The position numbers and the translations under genes are program-made. From assembly GCA_964412455.1 (NCBI GenBank), contig CAYPOT010000004.1:1036-65035 (forward strand): a stretch of DNA of 64,000 nt. Direction: 5' to 3'. Shown here one piece after another: positions 51,482 to 60,939 of the stretch (position 1 is the stretch's first letter; the number at the start of each line of letters is the position of its first letter). Below the pieces are notes generated by a model. The model ran no database searches. It was not told the origin of the DNA and saw only the letters and a program-made list of their open reading frames with translations. This stretch comes from an uncultured Nitrospiraceae bacterium. Its GTDB lineage: Bacteria; Nitrospirota; UBA9217.

Positions 51482-51762
51482 ACGAACAGGACAAACATAT
51501 CGTCAGCACAAAGACCTTCGTTCTTGTCTGGATCGCGCTGCTCATACTCACGGCGGTAACGGTCACGGTCGCGAAATTGGACCTCGGCGCGATGAGCACC
51601 CTCACGGCCGTCGTGATCGCGTCGGTCAAGGCCGGCCTCGTGCTCTGGTTCTTCATGCACCTGAAGTACGAAAAGCGGCTCCTGAAGCTTCTTCTGCTGG
51701 TCCCGATCGTGACCCTGGCGGTCATCATCGGGCTGACGTTCGTTGATGTGTTGTACCGGTAG
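51478..51762 (+). CDS. Cytochrome c oxidase subunit IV (bacterial CoxD-like)
   Basis: 94 aa, 3 TM, typical for caa3 subunit IV. The ATG at 51478 overlaps the previous stop (ATGA). Confidence 0.7.
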   Translation: MNEQDKHIVSTKTFVLVWIALLILTAVTVTVAKLDLGAMSTLTAVVIASVKAGLVLWFFMHLKYEKRLLKLLLLVPIVTLAVIIGLTFVDVLYR

Positions 51763-51767
51763 CGCTA

Positions 51768-51865
51768 TGCGCATTGGAAATTGTAAATTGCAGATTGTAA
51801 ATTTTAAAACGGTAGGAAGCAGACGTTCAATTTGATATTTCCATTTTCCAATTTAAAATTTTCAA
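51768..51865. repeat. AT-rich element, copy 2 of 2 (homolog of 3113-3210)
   Basis: ggaaattgtaaattgcagattgtaaa ... caatttgatatttcca ... ttccaattt, immediately upstream of coxII. Confidence 0.7.
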
Positions 51866-51879
51866 TGTCGTGAGGTCTT

Positions 51880-52800
51880 ATGCTCCACGGCTGGACAAAT
51901 CTTTCAAGCTCGGTCGACAGCGTTTTCCTGTTCATCATGGGGATATCGCTCGTCTTGTTGGTAGGCATCACCGGCGCGATGGTCTACTTCGCCATCCGGT
52001 ATCGGCGGTCGAAACATCCCCGCGCCGAGAACATCGAAGGCAACCTTCCGCTCGAGATCATCTGGACCGTGATCCCCACGCTTTTGGTGCTCGCCATCTT
52101 CTGGGTCGGCTGGAAGGGCTTCGTGTACATGCGCACCGTGCCGCAGGACGCCATGCTGGTGAAGGTCACGGCACGCATGTGGTCATGGCACTTCGCATAT
52201 GAGAACGGTGCTACGAGCGAAGTTCTGAAGGTGCCGGTTGACAAGCCGGTGAAGCTCGCCATCCATTCCGCGGATGTCCTGCACAGCCTCTCCATCCCCG
52301 CCTTCCGCGTGAAGGAAGACGCCGTGCCCGGCAGGGAGAACTACCTCTGGTTCCAGCCCGAGGTAACCGGGTCCTATGACCTCTTCTGCACCGAGTACTG
52401 CGGCATGGGGCATTCCTCAATGATCACCAAGGTCGAGGTCATGTCGGAACAGGATTTCAATACCTGGTACGCCCAGGCAACAGGGAAAGCGGCTGGAGGG
52501 AAATTGGGGCCGGACGGAGCGAAACTGTTCAAGGAAAAGGGCTGTTCAGCCTGCCACACCATAGACGGGTCTCCCAAAGTGGGCCCGACGCTGAAGGGAG
52601 TCTCCGGCCGCCGTGTCACGGTCCTGACCAGCGGCAAGGAACGCGAGCTCACCGCGAACGACGAATATCTCCGGAAGTCCCTGGTCTACCCTCAGGCGGA
52701 TGTCGTGAAAGGCTTCCCCCCCATCATGCCTTCCCAGAAGGGCATCCTCAAGGACGCCGAGATCGATGCGCTGGTGGAATATATGAAAACGCTGCATTAA
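51880..52800 (+). CDS. ctaC: Cytochrome c oxidase subunit II with C-terminal cytochrome c domain (caa3-type)
   Basis: CuA site (FCTEYCGMGHSSM) and a heme-c CxxCH (CSACHT). Confidence 0.9.
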   Translation: MLHGWTNLSSSVDSVFLFIMGISLVLLVGITGAMVYFAIRYRRSKHPRAENIEGNLPLEIIWTVIPTLLVLAIFWVGWKGFVYMRTVPQDAMLVKVTARMWSWHFAYENGATSEVLKVPVDKPVKLAIHSADVLHSLSIPAFRVKEDAVPGRENYLWFQPEVTGSYDLFCTEYCGMGHSSMITKVEVMSEQDFNTWYAQATGKAAGGKLGPDGAKLFKEKGCSACHTIDGSPKVGPTLKGVSGRRVTVLTSGKERELTANDEYLRKSLVYPQADVVKGFPPIMPSQKGILKDAEIDALVEYMKTLH

Positions 52801-52816
52801 TATCACCCTCCCTTCA

Positions 52817-52868
52817 TCCCTCCCCTCAAGGGAGGGAACTCGTCCCCTCTCCCCTCGCGGGAGAGGGC
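52817..52868. other. Two tandem GC-rich hairpins between coxII and ctaB
   Basis: CCCTCCCC tcaa GGGAGGG and CCCTCTCCCC tcgc GGGAGAGGG. No U-tract follows. Confidence 0.6.
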
Positions 52869-52886
52869 CAGGGTGAGGGGAAAACT

Positions 52887-53750
52887 ATGAAAAACATCAA
52901 ACACTATTTTGTCCTCTGCCGTCTGCCTATCTCCCTCTTCGCGACGTGCTCCGCGCTGACGGGATATCTACTCACCGGATCGGTCCAGGCGGGCACGACC
53001 GCCTTCCTGGCAACAAGTATCTTTCTCCTTGCCTGCGGCGCGTCAGCGCTGAACCAGTTCCAGGAGCGCGACCTCGACGCGCTGATGGAGCGCACGCGTC
53101 ATCGTCCCCTTCCTGCGGGCACAATGACTCCCGCTCACGTACTTGTTGTTTCGTGGATGTTGATCCTTGCGGGTCTTCTCCTGCTCGGCAGCCTGGGCTG
53201 GACGTCTGTCACGTTCGGCGCGCTGGCCATCGTGTGGTACAACGGCCTGTACACCCGGCTCAAGCGAACAACGGCCTTTGCCGCGGTCCCCGGGGCATTG
53301 GTCGGCGCGCTCCCGCCGGTCATCGGATGGGCGGCGGGCGACGGTAATCTTGCCGATCCCCGGCTCTTCGCTCTTGCCGTACTGTTCTTTCTCTGGCAGA
53401 TCCCCCATTTCTGGCTGCTGCTGCTCCGAAACTCCGCGCAGTATGAACATGCCGGCCTCCCGACCCTTACGTCGGTCATTCCACAGGAACGTCTTGCGCG
53501 AATCACACTTCTCTGGATCGCGGCAGCAGCGGTCGCCAGTCTTGCCATGCCCCTCTTCGGCATTGTCCGTTCACCCTACGCATATGCCTCCCTTGTCATC
53601 CTGGCCCTCTGGGTTTCCGGATCAGGGCTCGGGATCGTCATCGGGAGCACCGCCGCTGCATCCCTGCTTCCCACTTTCAGACGCGTAAATATATTTATTC
53701 TCCTTTTCATGCTGCTTGCCGTATTCGATACCCTCCTGTTGAGAGGATGA
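52887..53750 (+). CDS. ctaB: Protoheme IX farnesyltransferase (heme O synthase, UbiA family)
   Basis: UbiA motif region (NQFQERDLDALMERTRHRPLPAG) and 8-9 TM. Confidence 0.85.
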   Translation: MKNIKHYFVLCRLPISLFATCSALTGYLLTGSVQAGTTAFLATSIFLLACGASALNQFQERDLDALMERTRHRPLPAGTMTPAHVLVVSWMLILAGLLLLGSLGWTSVTFGALAIVWYNGLYTRLKRTTAFAAVPGALVGALPPVIGWAAGDGNLADPRLFALAVLFFLWQIPHFWLLLLRNSAQYEHAGLPTLTSVIPQERLARITLLWIAAAAVASLAMPLFGIVRSPYAYASLVILALWVSGSGLGIVIGSTAAASLLPTFRRVNIFILLFMLLAVFDTLLLRG

Positions 53751-53760
53751 AAGGTCTTCG

Positions 53761-54159
53761 ATGCCGCGATCCCGTAACGCCACGGCCGAAAGGCTGCAAC
53801 AGCTTCTGATCGAGAAGTCTCCTCTCATCGAGGAGTACACGCGGGAGCTTTGTCCTGATTGCACCGATGTCTGCTGCAGGCAGAAACACGGCATCTACCG
53901 CGAGCGGGACGTTCTTTACCTCAATGCTTTGGGGACCGCCATCCCTGCCCGCGATCCGGCACGGCCGCGGGATGGTTCCTGCGAGGCGATCGGCGAGCGC
54001 GGCTGCATCCATCCCCGGTGGCTCCGGCCGTTCAAATGCACCTGGTATTTCTGCGAGCCCATTATTCTTGCCATGCAGGACCGGCCGCAGCGGTCGACGA
54101 GGGCCCTCACGGCCGCCATGGAAGAAATGATCCGGCTCTACGATGAACTGGGAGGATGA
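53761..54159 (+). CDS. YkgJ-family CxxCxxCC putative Fe-S/zinc-binding protein
   Basis: CPDCTDVCC is the C-x2-C-x3-CC signature of UPF0153/YkgJ. RBS GAGAGGATGAAAGG. Confidence 0.55.
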   Translation: MPRSRNATAERLQQLLIEKSPLIEEYTRELCPDCTDVCCRQKHGIYRERDVLYLNALGTAIPARDPARPRDGSCEAIGERGCIHPRWLRPFKCTWYFCEPIILAMQDRPQRSTRALTAAMEEMIRLYDELGG

Positions 54160-55127
54160 CCGACATGGACAGACAGCTGGCAAAACAGGCACAGGAGTTC
54201 GCGCGGCTCTCGGGCGGGTTTCGCGCGACACGCGTGGTATTGACGGCGAACAATCTCCGGATATTTGAGTATATCGGCAAGGGAGCGACCGCCGTGGAGC
54301 TGTCGAAGAACCTGAGGACCGATCTCCGGGCTACCGGGATACTGCTCGATGCAGTCACCGCCCTCGGGCTGCTCAGGAAAGCGCGGGGCATCTATCGCCT
54401 CACAACTCCGGCGAAGCAGTTCCTGCTCCCGGACAGCCCCTGGTACCAGGGCGACATGCTGCGCCACCTCGATACGCTCTGGACGAACTGGTCCGGCCTC
54501 GACGAGGTGGTCAGGACCGGCATGCCGAACCGTTCCGGCGGCAGGCACCATGACGTCTTCATCCGCGCCATGCACAATAACGCTGTCCTCCGCTCGGCAG
54601 CCGTGCTCAAGGCGCTCGATCTTCGCAAGGTGAAGCGCGCGCTCGACCTTGGCGGCGGCCCGGGTACCTATGGCATTGAGCTTGCCAAACGAGGCATCGA
54701 GGTCACTCTTTTCGATCTTCCTAATACGGTCGAGATAGCCGGCGAGATGATCCGGAAGGCTGGCGTCAAAAACGTTACGTTCCGGGGCGGCGACTTTCAC
54801 TTCGACGACATCGGCAGCGGCTACGACCTGGTCCTCCTGAGCCAGGTGCTCCATTCCCACAGCCCCCTGGAGAACCGCGCGCTCCTGGGCAGGGTCTTCG
54901 ACGCCCTCGCGCCGAAGGGCACCGTCGCCATCCACGAGTTCACCCTCTCCGAGGACCACGCGTCGCCGATCGCTGGCGCGCTATTTTCTGTGAACATGCT
55001 CGTGAACACGCCGGAGGGGCGCAGTTACACGCCGAAGGAGATGAAAGGCTGGTTGACGAAGGTGGGATTCGACCGCGTCAAGAAGGTCGATCTTAGCGAT
55101 ACGGTGGTAATGACCGGAAGGAAGTAG
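54156..55127 (+). CDS. Class I SAM-dependent O-methyltransferase (with N-terminal dimerisation domain)
   Basis: SAM motif I (LDLGGGPGTYGIELA) and an acidic motif II (LFDLP). It overlaps the previous stop (ATGA). Confidence 0.8.
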   Translation: MTDMDRQLAKQAQEFARLSGGFRATRVVLTANNLRIFEYIGKGATAVELSKNLRTDLRATGILLDAVTALGLLRKARGIYRLTTPAKQFLLPDSPWYQGDMLRHLDTLWTNWSGLDEVVRTGMPNRSGGRHHDVFIRAMHNNAVLRSAAVLKALDLRKVKRALDLGGGPGTYGIELAKRGIEVTLFDLPNTVEIAGEMIRKAGVKNVTFRGGDFHFDDIGSGYDLVLLSQVLHSHSPLENRALLGRVFDALAPKGTVAIHEFTLSEDHASPIAGALFSVNMLVNTPEGRSYTPKEMKGWLTKVGFDRVKKVDLSDTVVMTGRK

Positions 55128-55135
55128 ACGCTGCG

Positions 55136-55738
55136 CTATTTCACAAGCAGTAGGCAGTACAACACTGGCCCCATGCCAGCTAAAGACCACGCAAACAGTG
55201 CGATAGAAATATATATTCTTTCGACAATAGCGTACCTATCGAGATACAAGTTTCTGCTGTTATCTATATTTAAGTTCCCCTGTGTCATAACATTTGAAGT
55301 CATCTCAGACGACTGGCTCTTCACCAAGAGCTTCTTCTCAAATTCCATCAAGTGAAGATGAGCACGATATGATCTTTCAACAAGATGACCGCGCTCATAC
55401 TCAGAATATGCGGACTGAACACAGACGACGATCAATAATGCGGCAATCACCAATGGAACATCCTTGGCACCGCATTGCCGGACATCTCGGATAACGATAA
55501 GCAGTGATATCCCGCAAAACATCGCTATAATAATATTTCCAGCCACCCGAAGCATGCCTATTGCATTGAGTGCCATCTTGGTGTTCCCGTCTATGCTGCC
55601 TGCCTGTGAGAAGATTAGCACGGATAGATGGTCAGAATACCTTGCAGCAAGATAGGCCGTCAGAAGTGAAAGTATTAACCCGATTATGCAGCGCCGGTCT
55701 GCAAAAATACGTTGAATGATCGCACTCATTTTCCCCAT
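55136..55738 (-). CDS. Hypothetical membrane protein
   Basis: 4-5 TM segments; lower GC. Confidence 0.45.
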   Translation of the reverse strand: MGKMSAIIQRIFADRRCIIGLILSLLTAYLAARYSDHLSVLIFSQAGSIDGNTKMALNAIGMLRVAGNIIIAMFCGISLLIVIRDVRQCGAKDVPLVIAALLIVVCVQSAYSEYERGHLVERSYRAHLHLMEFEKKLLVKSQSSEMTSNVMTQGNLNIDNSRNLYLDRYAIVERIYISIALFAWSLAGMGPVLYCLLLVK

Positions 55739-55748
55739 CTCATAGTTA

Positions 55749-56816
55749 CTATTTAACCCGCACCGCCGCCAAACCTTCCCGGAAAGGTTCAGCTGCTTTA
55801 TAGCTTGGCTTGATTGCGACCCTCCCTTTTATGTCAATATAGCCCCATCCCCTTTTCTTAATCCAGAACAGCGCTCGCCCCTCAAAAAACGACTCACAGG
55901 AGTCAGCCGGCGGGACAGTGAACCATTCGCCTCTTTTATTCACATAACCGTGATTCCCTTTCACAAGGATGTGTGCAAGGCCCTCTTGAAAATGCGACGC
56001 CATTTGAAATTGCGGCTGAATCACAAACTGACCGAATTCATTAATAAATCCGAATTGATCAATTCGCCTTGCTGGAGCAAGCCCTTCTTCAGAAAAATCA
56101 CATCCCCACAAATTTTCTCTTTCGTCCGAATAGATAATGTTGCCGAATATGTTTATATAACACATTGCCTCCAGGTCGCGTAGTATTATTAAGGCATGAC
56201 CTTTGACGAAGCTGTGCGCGAACGCTGCCGGAAGCGCCGGTCTGATTCTTACATCGCCTGATTTATCGATATACTCCCATGTCTTTTCCTTATCATTGAA
56301 AACAGGCGCAAGGTCTCCTCGAAATGGCATAGCTGCACAAAAGCTTTTCTTGATAGCGATATTACCTTGCTTGTCAAAATATCGATATTTCCCCCGATGC
56401 ATCAGCACAGCAAGTCCCTCAGAAAAGGCTGGTGGATACTCCGGCCTGCAATTGAGTTCCTTTCTGACCTTAAACACCCACTTTCCCCGCTTATTGATAA
56501 ATCCGACCGAATTTTCCTGTTCCACATAGGCCAATCCCTCGCTGAAACGATGACCGTCGTGGAACACAGGTTCAATAACTATATCGCCTTTGGTGTTTAT
56601 GTAGCCGATACGATCCCCGATACCGATGGCAGCGAAGCACTCGCTAAATCTGCGGGCATATGTGTAGCAGGGCTCGATGACCATCTTCCCTTTTCTATTG
56701 ATAAAACCATAGCGATGATTTTGATTTATGGTGTCTGATAACCATCGAACCAACTTGGTCTTTTTAGGCTTCTTTGTTCTCATTGAGCGGCTCCTTATTG
56801 AAGGCTGCTTGTCCAA
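55749..56816 (-). CDS. WG-repeat (KWG) containing protein
   Basis: Repeated YGFINRKGKMVIEP / IGYINTKGDIVIEP / VGFINKRGKWV modules. Confidence 0.7.
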   Translation of the reverse strand: MDKQPSIRSRSMRTKKPKKTKLVRWLSDTINQNHRYGFINRKGKMVIEPCYTYARRFSECFAAIGIGDRIGYINTKGDIVIEPVFHDGHRFSEGLAYVEQENSVGFINKRGKWVFKVRKELNCRPEYPPAFSEGLAVLMHRGKYRYFDKQGNIAIKKSFCAAMPFRGDLAPVFNDKEKTWEYIDKSGDVRIRPALPAAFAHSFVKGHALIILRDLEAMCYINIFGNIIYSDERENLWGCDFSEEGLAPARRIDQFGFINEFGQFVIQPQFQMASHFQEGLAHILVKGNHGYVNKRGEWFTVPPADSCESFFEGRALFWIKKRGWGYIDIKGRVAIKPSYKAAEPFREGLAAVRVK

Positions 56817-57039
56817 CTATTCCAGTGGTTATCATACATATCTGCTTCGACATAAGCCTGTTGTAGCCTTCAGCTTTATACCAGCCTTAAAGCCCTTCGT
56901 TACTTCTGAATAAAACAAACCATCGATTCTTCATTTCTGATTATAATAGCCGCGCTTGTAAAAAAAGGAGCCCGGAAACGGGGAGGATTGCGTTTTAGCG
57001 GACGAGTCTTTCCGCCGCCCCGGGCTAAGGTGCGGGTCA

Positions 57040-57498
57040 TTGTCTCTTTTTATCATGATGTGTGTCAAGGATATTTTCATTCTTGGAAAGGAGTATCCCT
57101 TTTATAGGCCTGACCATTGTCACCGGAAGGGGTGCGGAAGTACGAAGCTATGGGGGCACGGATTCGTGGAATTGTACATTGATGGATACATTAATCGTTT
57201 GTGGTTTCGCCGGTGGCGTTGCCCTATCTGCGGGTGCGTGCATACGATTCGGCCCTTGGGGTATTGGCTACGGCATCAGACGCCGATTCGGATTATCGTC
57301 AAGGGACTGTGTCATCGGTTGACGTATGGGTTTTGGCTTAAGACACTGGGGCCTTCCCGGCAGCGGCAACAGCATTGGCTCCGGGCGCTTCGGAAAAACA
57401 TCAAGGCGCGGTTGGGCATGGACTTCATGGGCGAGCTCATTGATGGACTCTATGAGCTTGTTCAACTCCCGATGGTGCCGGTAATAAGGTCGGGATAA
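57040..57498 (+). CDS. Cys/His-rich zinc-ribbon protein (possible transposition accessory)
   Basis: CHRKGCG...CPICGC motifs. Located inside the putative element. Confidence 0.4.
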   Translation: MSLFIMMCVKDIFILGKEYPFYRPDHCHRKGCGSTKLWGHGFVELYIDGYINRLWFRRWRCPICGCVHTIRPLGYWLRHQTPIRIIVKGLCHRLTYGFWLKTLGPSRQRQQHWLRALRKNIKARLGMDFMGELIDGLYELVQLPMVPVIRSG

Positions 57499-57598
57499 TC
57501 CTAATCGGCGGTAAAAATAGTACCACCCTACTTGAGTGTTGCTTTGAGTTTTATGCCGGGACACAGTATCTTCCATCCATCAAACAAAAAGGAGGCTT

Positions 57599-58909
57599 TT
57601 GATGGATGAAGAACTGAAAAAACGTGTTGCAATGTTCCGGTTGAGGGTGATTTCTGATTTTACGGATACCGCGAGCCTCGCATGGGGTGAGGTCGAGCGG
57701 CTGATGCGGGACAAGTGCGGCCGGAAGTGGCAGATACCGGGAAGCATGCGGTCACGCATCAGTGAATCTACGCTCAAAGAGTGGATCGCCCTGTACCGGG
57801 ATTCGGGAAACAAGCTTGAGTCGCTGTACCCGAAGGACCGTTCAGATCAGGGAAAGAGCCGGACCGTCGCAGAGGAGACAGCCTCCGGCCTTATCGTTCT
57901 CCGGAAGGAATTTCCCAATGTAACGCTGCCCGTGTTCTTGCGGCAGGCGAAGGAACGGAAGATTGTCCCTCCCGGAACGGCGCTGCCCTATTCCACGCTG
58001 TACCGGTTTATGAAGTCTCAAGGTCTTGTGGACCGGCCGGCGCAACCGCCCAAGGACCGGCGCAAGTTTCAGGCGGAACATCCCAATGACCTGTGGCAGT
58101 CGGACGTCCTGCATGGGCCTTCGGTCACTGTGGACGGGAAACAACGGAAGACTTACCTGATAGCGTTCATCGACGACATGACCAGGATCATTCCTTTTGC
58201 GGCCTTCTATCTCCATGAGCGCCTGGACTATTTCCTGGATGCCTTACGCAAGGCGCTCCTGATGCGGGGTTTGCCGAAGAAGCTTTATGTGGACAACGGC
58301 CCGGCGTTTCGGAGCAATCACCTTGAGTTTATCTGCGCCTCACTCGGCATCGTGCTGATTCACGCCAAACCCTATCAGCCCGAGGGCAAAGGAAAAATTG
58401 AACGGTTCAACAGGACGGTGCGGGAGGGTTTCCTATCGACGCTAAAGGCAACAACTCTTGAGGAACTCAATGAACAGTTCCGGGGTTGGGTTGCCGGGTA
58501 TCATGATCGGATCCACGGCAGCACGGGGGAAGCTCCGATCAAACGCTTTACGAAAAACATCGAATGCGTGCGGCCCGCGCCCAAGGACATGGAAAACCAT
58601 TTCCGCAAGGAAGCCAAGCGAACGGTCGCCAAGGACAGGACTCTTTCCCTGGAAGGAAAACTCTATGAGGCGCCTGTGGACCTTGTTGGAAAGCAGGTGC
58701 GGCTTCTCTATCACCAGCATGACCCTGCCCGTATCGAAATGCGCTTTGGAGATAAGACTTACGGGTTCGCATCTGTGCTCGACCTGAACGTGAACTGCCG
58801 GGTCAAGAGGGAGAACGGCGTCACTGCGATTGATCCCGGCGATATGCCGGGGAAATACAAAGGCGGAAATCTTTTCAACAATACGGACAAGGAGGTTGAC
58901 GGGATATGA
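57599..58909 (+). CDS. DDE transposase (integrase core/rve domain, Mu/TniA/IstA-like)
   Basis: rve-fold D,D,E context (LWQSDVLHG...IAFIDDMTR...YVDNGPAF...YQPEGKGKIERFNRT), with N-terminal HTH regions. Confidence 0.8.
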   Translation: MMDEELKKRVAMFRLRVISDFTDTASLAWGEVERLMRDKCGRKWQIPGSMRSRISESTLKEWIALYRDSGNKLESLYPKDRSDQGKSRTVAEETASGLIVLRKEFPNVTLPVFLRQAKERKIVPPGTALPYSTLYRFMKSQGLVDRPAQPPKDRRKFQAEHPNDLWQSDVLHGPSVTVDGKQRKTYLIAFIDDMTRIIPFAAFYLHERLDYFLDALRKALLMRGLPKKLYVDNGPAFRSNHLEFICASLGIVLIHAKPYQPEGKGKIERFNRTVREGFLSTLKATTLEELNEQFRGWVAGYHDRIHGSTGEAPIKRFTKNIECVRPAPKDMENHFRKEAKRTVAKDRTLSLEGKLYEAPVDLVGKQVRLLYHQHDPARIEMRFGDKTYGFASVLDLNVNCRVKRENGVTAIDPGDMPGKYKGGNLFNNTDKEVDGI

Positions 58910-59721
58910 GCAATCAGCATGCGACCTACAAAGTCTTCTTCGGCTTTCAAAAGGAGCCATTCGGACAAAACGTTCGCGTGGAAGATATGATGAAGAGCAA
59001 TGCCCTGATAGGCGTGAAGGAACGCTTTCTGTATGCTGTAGGGCTTTGCGCGGTCGCTGTCATAACCGGCGACGTGGGCAGCGGTAAATCATCGGGGCTC
59101 AGGTTCGCCTCATCTCTGCTCCACCCCTCCGAGTACAAAGTTCTCCTGGTCACCGCAACCTCCGGTACGATCATCGAACTCTACAAGCAGATATGTCATG
59201 CCCTGGACATACAGATGAAGAACAACTCAAAAGCGGTACTCACCAGGATCATCCGCACCTGTCTTCTGGAACTGGCTGAAAAGAAGCAGACGCCAGTCCT
59301 CATCGTTGACGAGGCGTCGATCTTGCGGCTTGACGTGTTTATGGAACTCCATACCATCACGCAGTTTGAGGGGGACTCAAGACCCGTCCTGCCGATTATT
59401 CTTGCCGGGCAGAACAATCTTCTCGACAATCTCATGTACCGTCAGGCAAAGTCGTTGGCCTCGCGCGTGGTGGCGCGGGGACACTTGGAGGCGCTGGATC
59501 AAAGCGAGATGAGCGCCTACCTGACGCATCATCTCGACATTGCGGGAGTAAAACAAAACCTCTTTGCCGACCAGGCCGTGACCGCTATCCATCAGGGTTC
59601 CGGAGGTCTGCTCAGAAGAGCGAATAACCTGGCTCGGGGCGCGCTCATTGCCGCTGCCGCCGAGAAATGCAATGTCGTTTCCGCCGAACATGTGCGCGTT
59701 GCATCCACTGAGGTCATCTGA
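58906..59721 (+). CDS. AAA+ ATPase (AAA_22; TniB/ExeA-like transposition helper)
   Basis: Walker A (GDVGSGKSS) and Walker B (VLIVDEAS). 4-nt overlap with the transposase. Confidence 0.7.
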   Translation: MSNQHATYKVFFGFQKEPFGQNVRVEDMMKSNALIGVKERFLYAVGLCAVAVITGDVGSGKSSGLRFASSLLHPSEYKVLLVTATSGTIIELYKQICHALDIQMKNNSKAVLTRIIRTCLLELAEKKQTPVLIVDEASILRLDVFMELHTITQFEGDSRPVLPIILAGQNNLLDNLMYRQAKSLASRVVARGHLEALDQSEMSAYLTHHLDIAGVKQNLFADQAVTAIHQGSGGLLRRANNLARGALIAAAAEKCNVVSAEHVRVASTEVI

Positions 59722-59944
59722 AATAAACCGGGGGGGCGGCTGCTCTCCGGTGCTTTTGTCCCAAATAGGCCGGACGAATGTGGAAGGGGTTGTTATAATC
59801 AGGAGGATTAGGCCGGATTAATTCGGAAGACAACACCTGTCGAAACGAGTATTTATGCATCCGCTCTTATTTGAGACCATTCGCAGATCGACTGCTTTAC
59901 ATTCCTTATGGGCTTATGTATGATGACTCAATCGGAGGCAGATA

Positions 59945-60928
59945 ATGGCTCTCAAGAAGGTCCTCACCCTGGCAACGCTCCTGAAGGTCCTAAATATGCT
60001 GGATAGGGGCGAGACGATCACACGTAACTCACTGGCAGCCGATTTTGGAGTAAATCCCCGGACGATAGACAGGGGAATATCCCAACTCCAGCTTGCAGGT
60101 TATCCGATTTCCTATGACAGAACAAGACTGTCGTATGTCTTTGAGGAGGGGTACCATCTGAAGAGGTCCGAGTTGTCGTCGGAAGAAGAGCTTGTACTTG
60201 CCATTGCGAGAAGCATGGTGAAGAAGTTCGGAGCTGGGACAAATAAGATATTCGATTCCATAGAGAACAAAATGACCGGCAGGCACTTCCAGACCCCGAA
60301 GCATCTCGTCCTGGTTGGTGAGGACCTATCACCGAGGGTTGAAAAGTATTTTGATCAGCTGAACCATGCCATCATTGACAACAGGCAGGTTGAACTTGTT
60401 TATCATGCCACGCGGAAAGGCGACGAGAAGTCTTGCCGGATTGTAGATCCCTATTACCTGTTCTTTGTTGACTATCTCTGGTATCTGCGCGCATATTGCC
60501 ACAAAGCTGAAAAGCCGTTGACCTTTGCACTCGACAAGATTGCCGCTCTCAAGGTTCTGACCAAGTCCTTCATTCCAGATAGAAAACTTTGCCCTGTCGA
60601 GGAACTGCAATATGCTTTCGGCCCTTATGTCGATGGAGAGCCAACTGAGGTGGTTCTTCGTTTCGATAAGAAGTATGCACCTTATATCAGAAGAAAGAAG
60701 TGGCAGAAAAACCAGAAGATAAAGGAGTTGCGCGGGGAAAGGATCGAGGTCCGCTATAAGGTCAAGGGCCTAGCAGGGATCAAACCGTGGATACTGCGCT
60801 GGATCCCGTATGTGGAAGTCGTGGCGCCGAAGGAATTGAAAGCGCTAATTGCGGAAGAATTGATGAAAGCAATGAGAATCTTTGAAAAGAAGAACATCAG
60901 CAATTGCATAGTGAATACTGCTGATTAG
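59945..60928 (+). CDS. WYL-domain transcriptional regulator (HTH-WYL-WCX)
   Basis: N-terminal HTH, and a central WYL domain with a literal WYL (VDYLWYLRAYC). Confidence 0.8.
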   Translation: MALKKVLTLATLLKVLNMLDRGETITRNSLAADFGVNPRTIDRGISQLQLAGYPISYDRTRLSYVFEEGYHLKRSELSSEEELVLAIARSMVKKFGAGTNKIFDSIENKMTGRHFQTPKHLVLVGEDLSPRVEKYFDQLNHAIIDNRQVELVYHATRKGDEKSCRIVDPYYLFFVDYLWYLRAYCHKAEKPLTFALDKIAALKVLTKSFIPDRKLCPVEELQYAFGPYVDGEPTEVVLRFDKKYAPYIRRKKWQKNQKIKELRGERIEVRYKVKGLAGIKPWILRWIPYVEVVAPKELKALIAEELMKAMRIFEKKNISNCIVNTAD

Positions 60929-60939
60929 GAGGATCGTTT

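Larger units (their letters stand above)
56938..59801 (+). mobile_element. IS/transposon-like element: zinc-ribbon ORF, rve-family transposase and AAA+ (TniB/ExeA-like) ATPase, with candidate imperfect 14-bp terminal IRs (TG...CA)
   Basis: TGATTATAATAGCC at 56938-51 versus GGTTGTTATAATCA at 59788-801, which is 11/14 matches. No clear target-site duplication was seen, so the boundaries are tentative. Confidence 0.45.

Noticed and set aside
57040-57498. TniQ assignment for the zinc-ribbon ORF in the IS-like element
   Set aside because: TniQ proteins are much larger (~400 aa). Only the Cys-ribbon is shared, so the function call is left generic.
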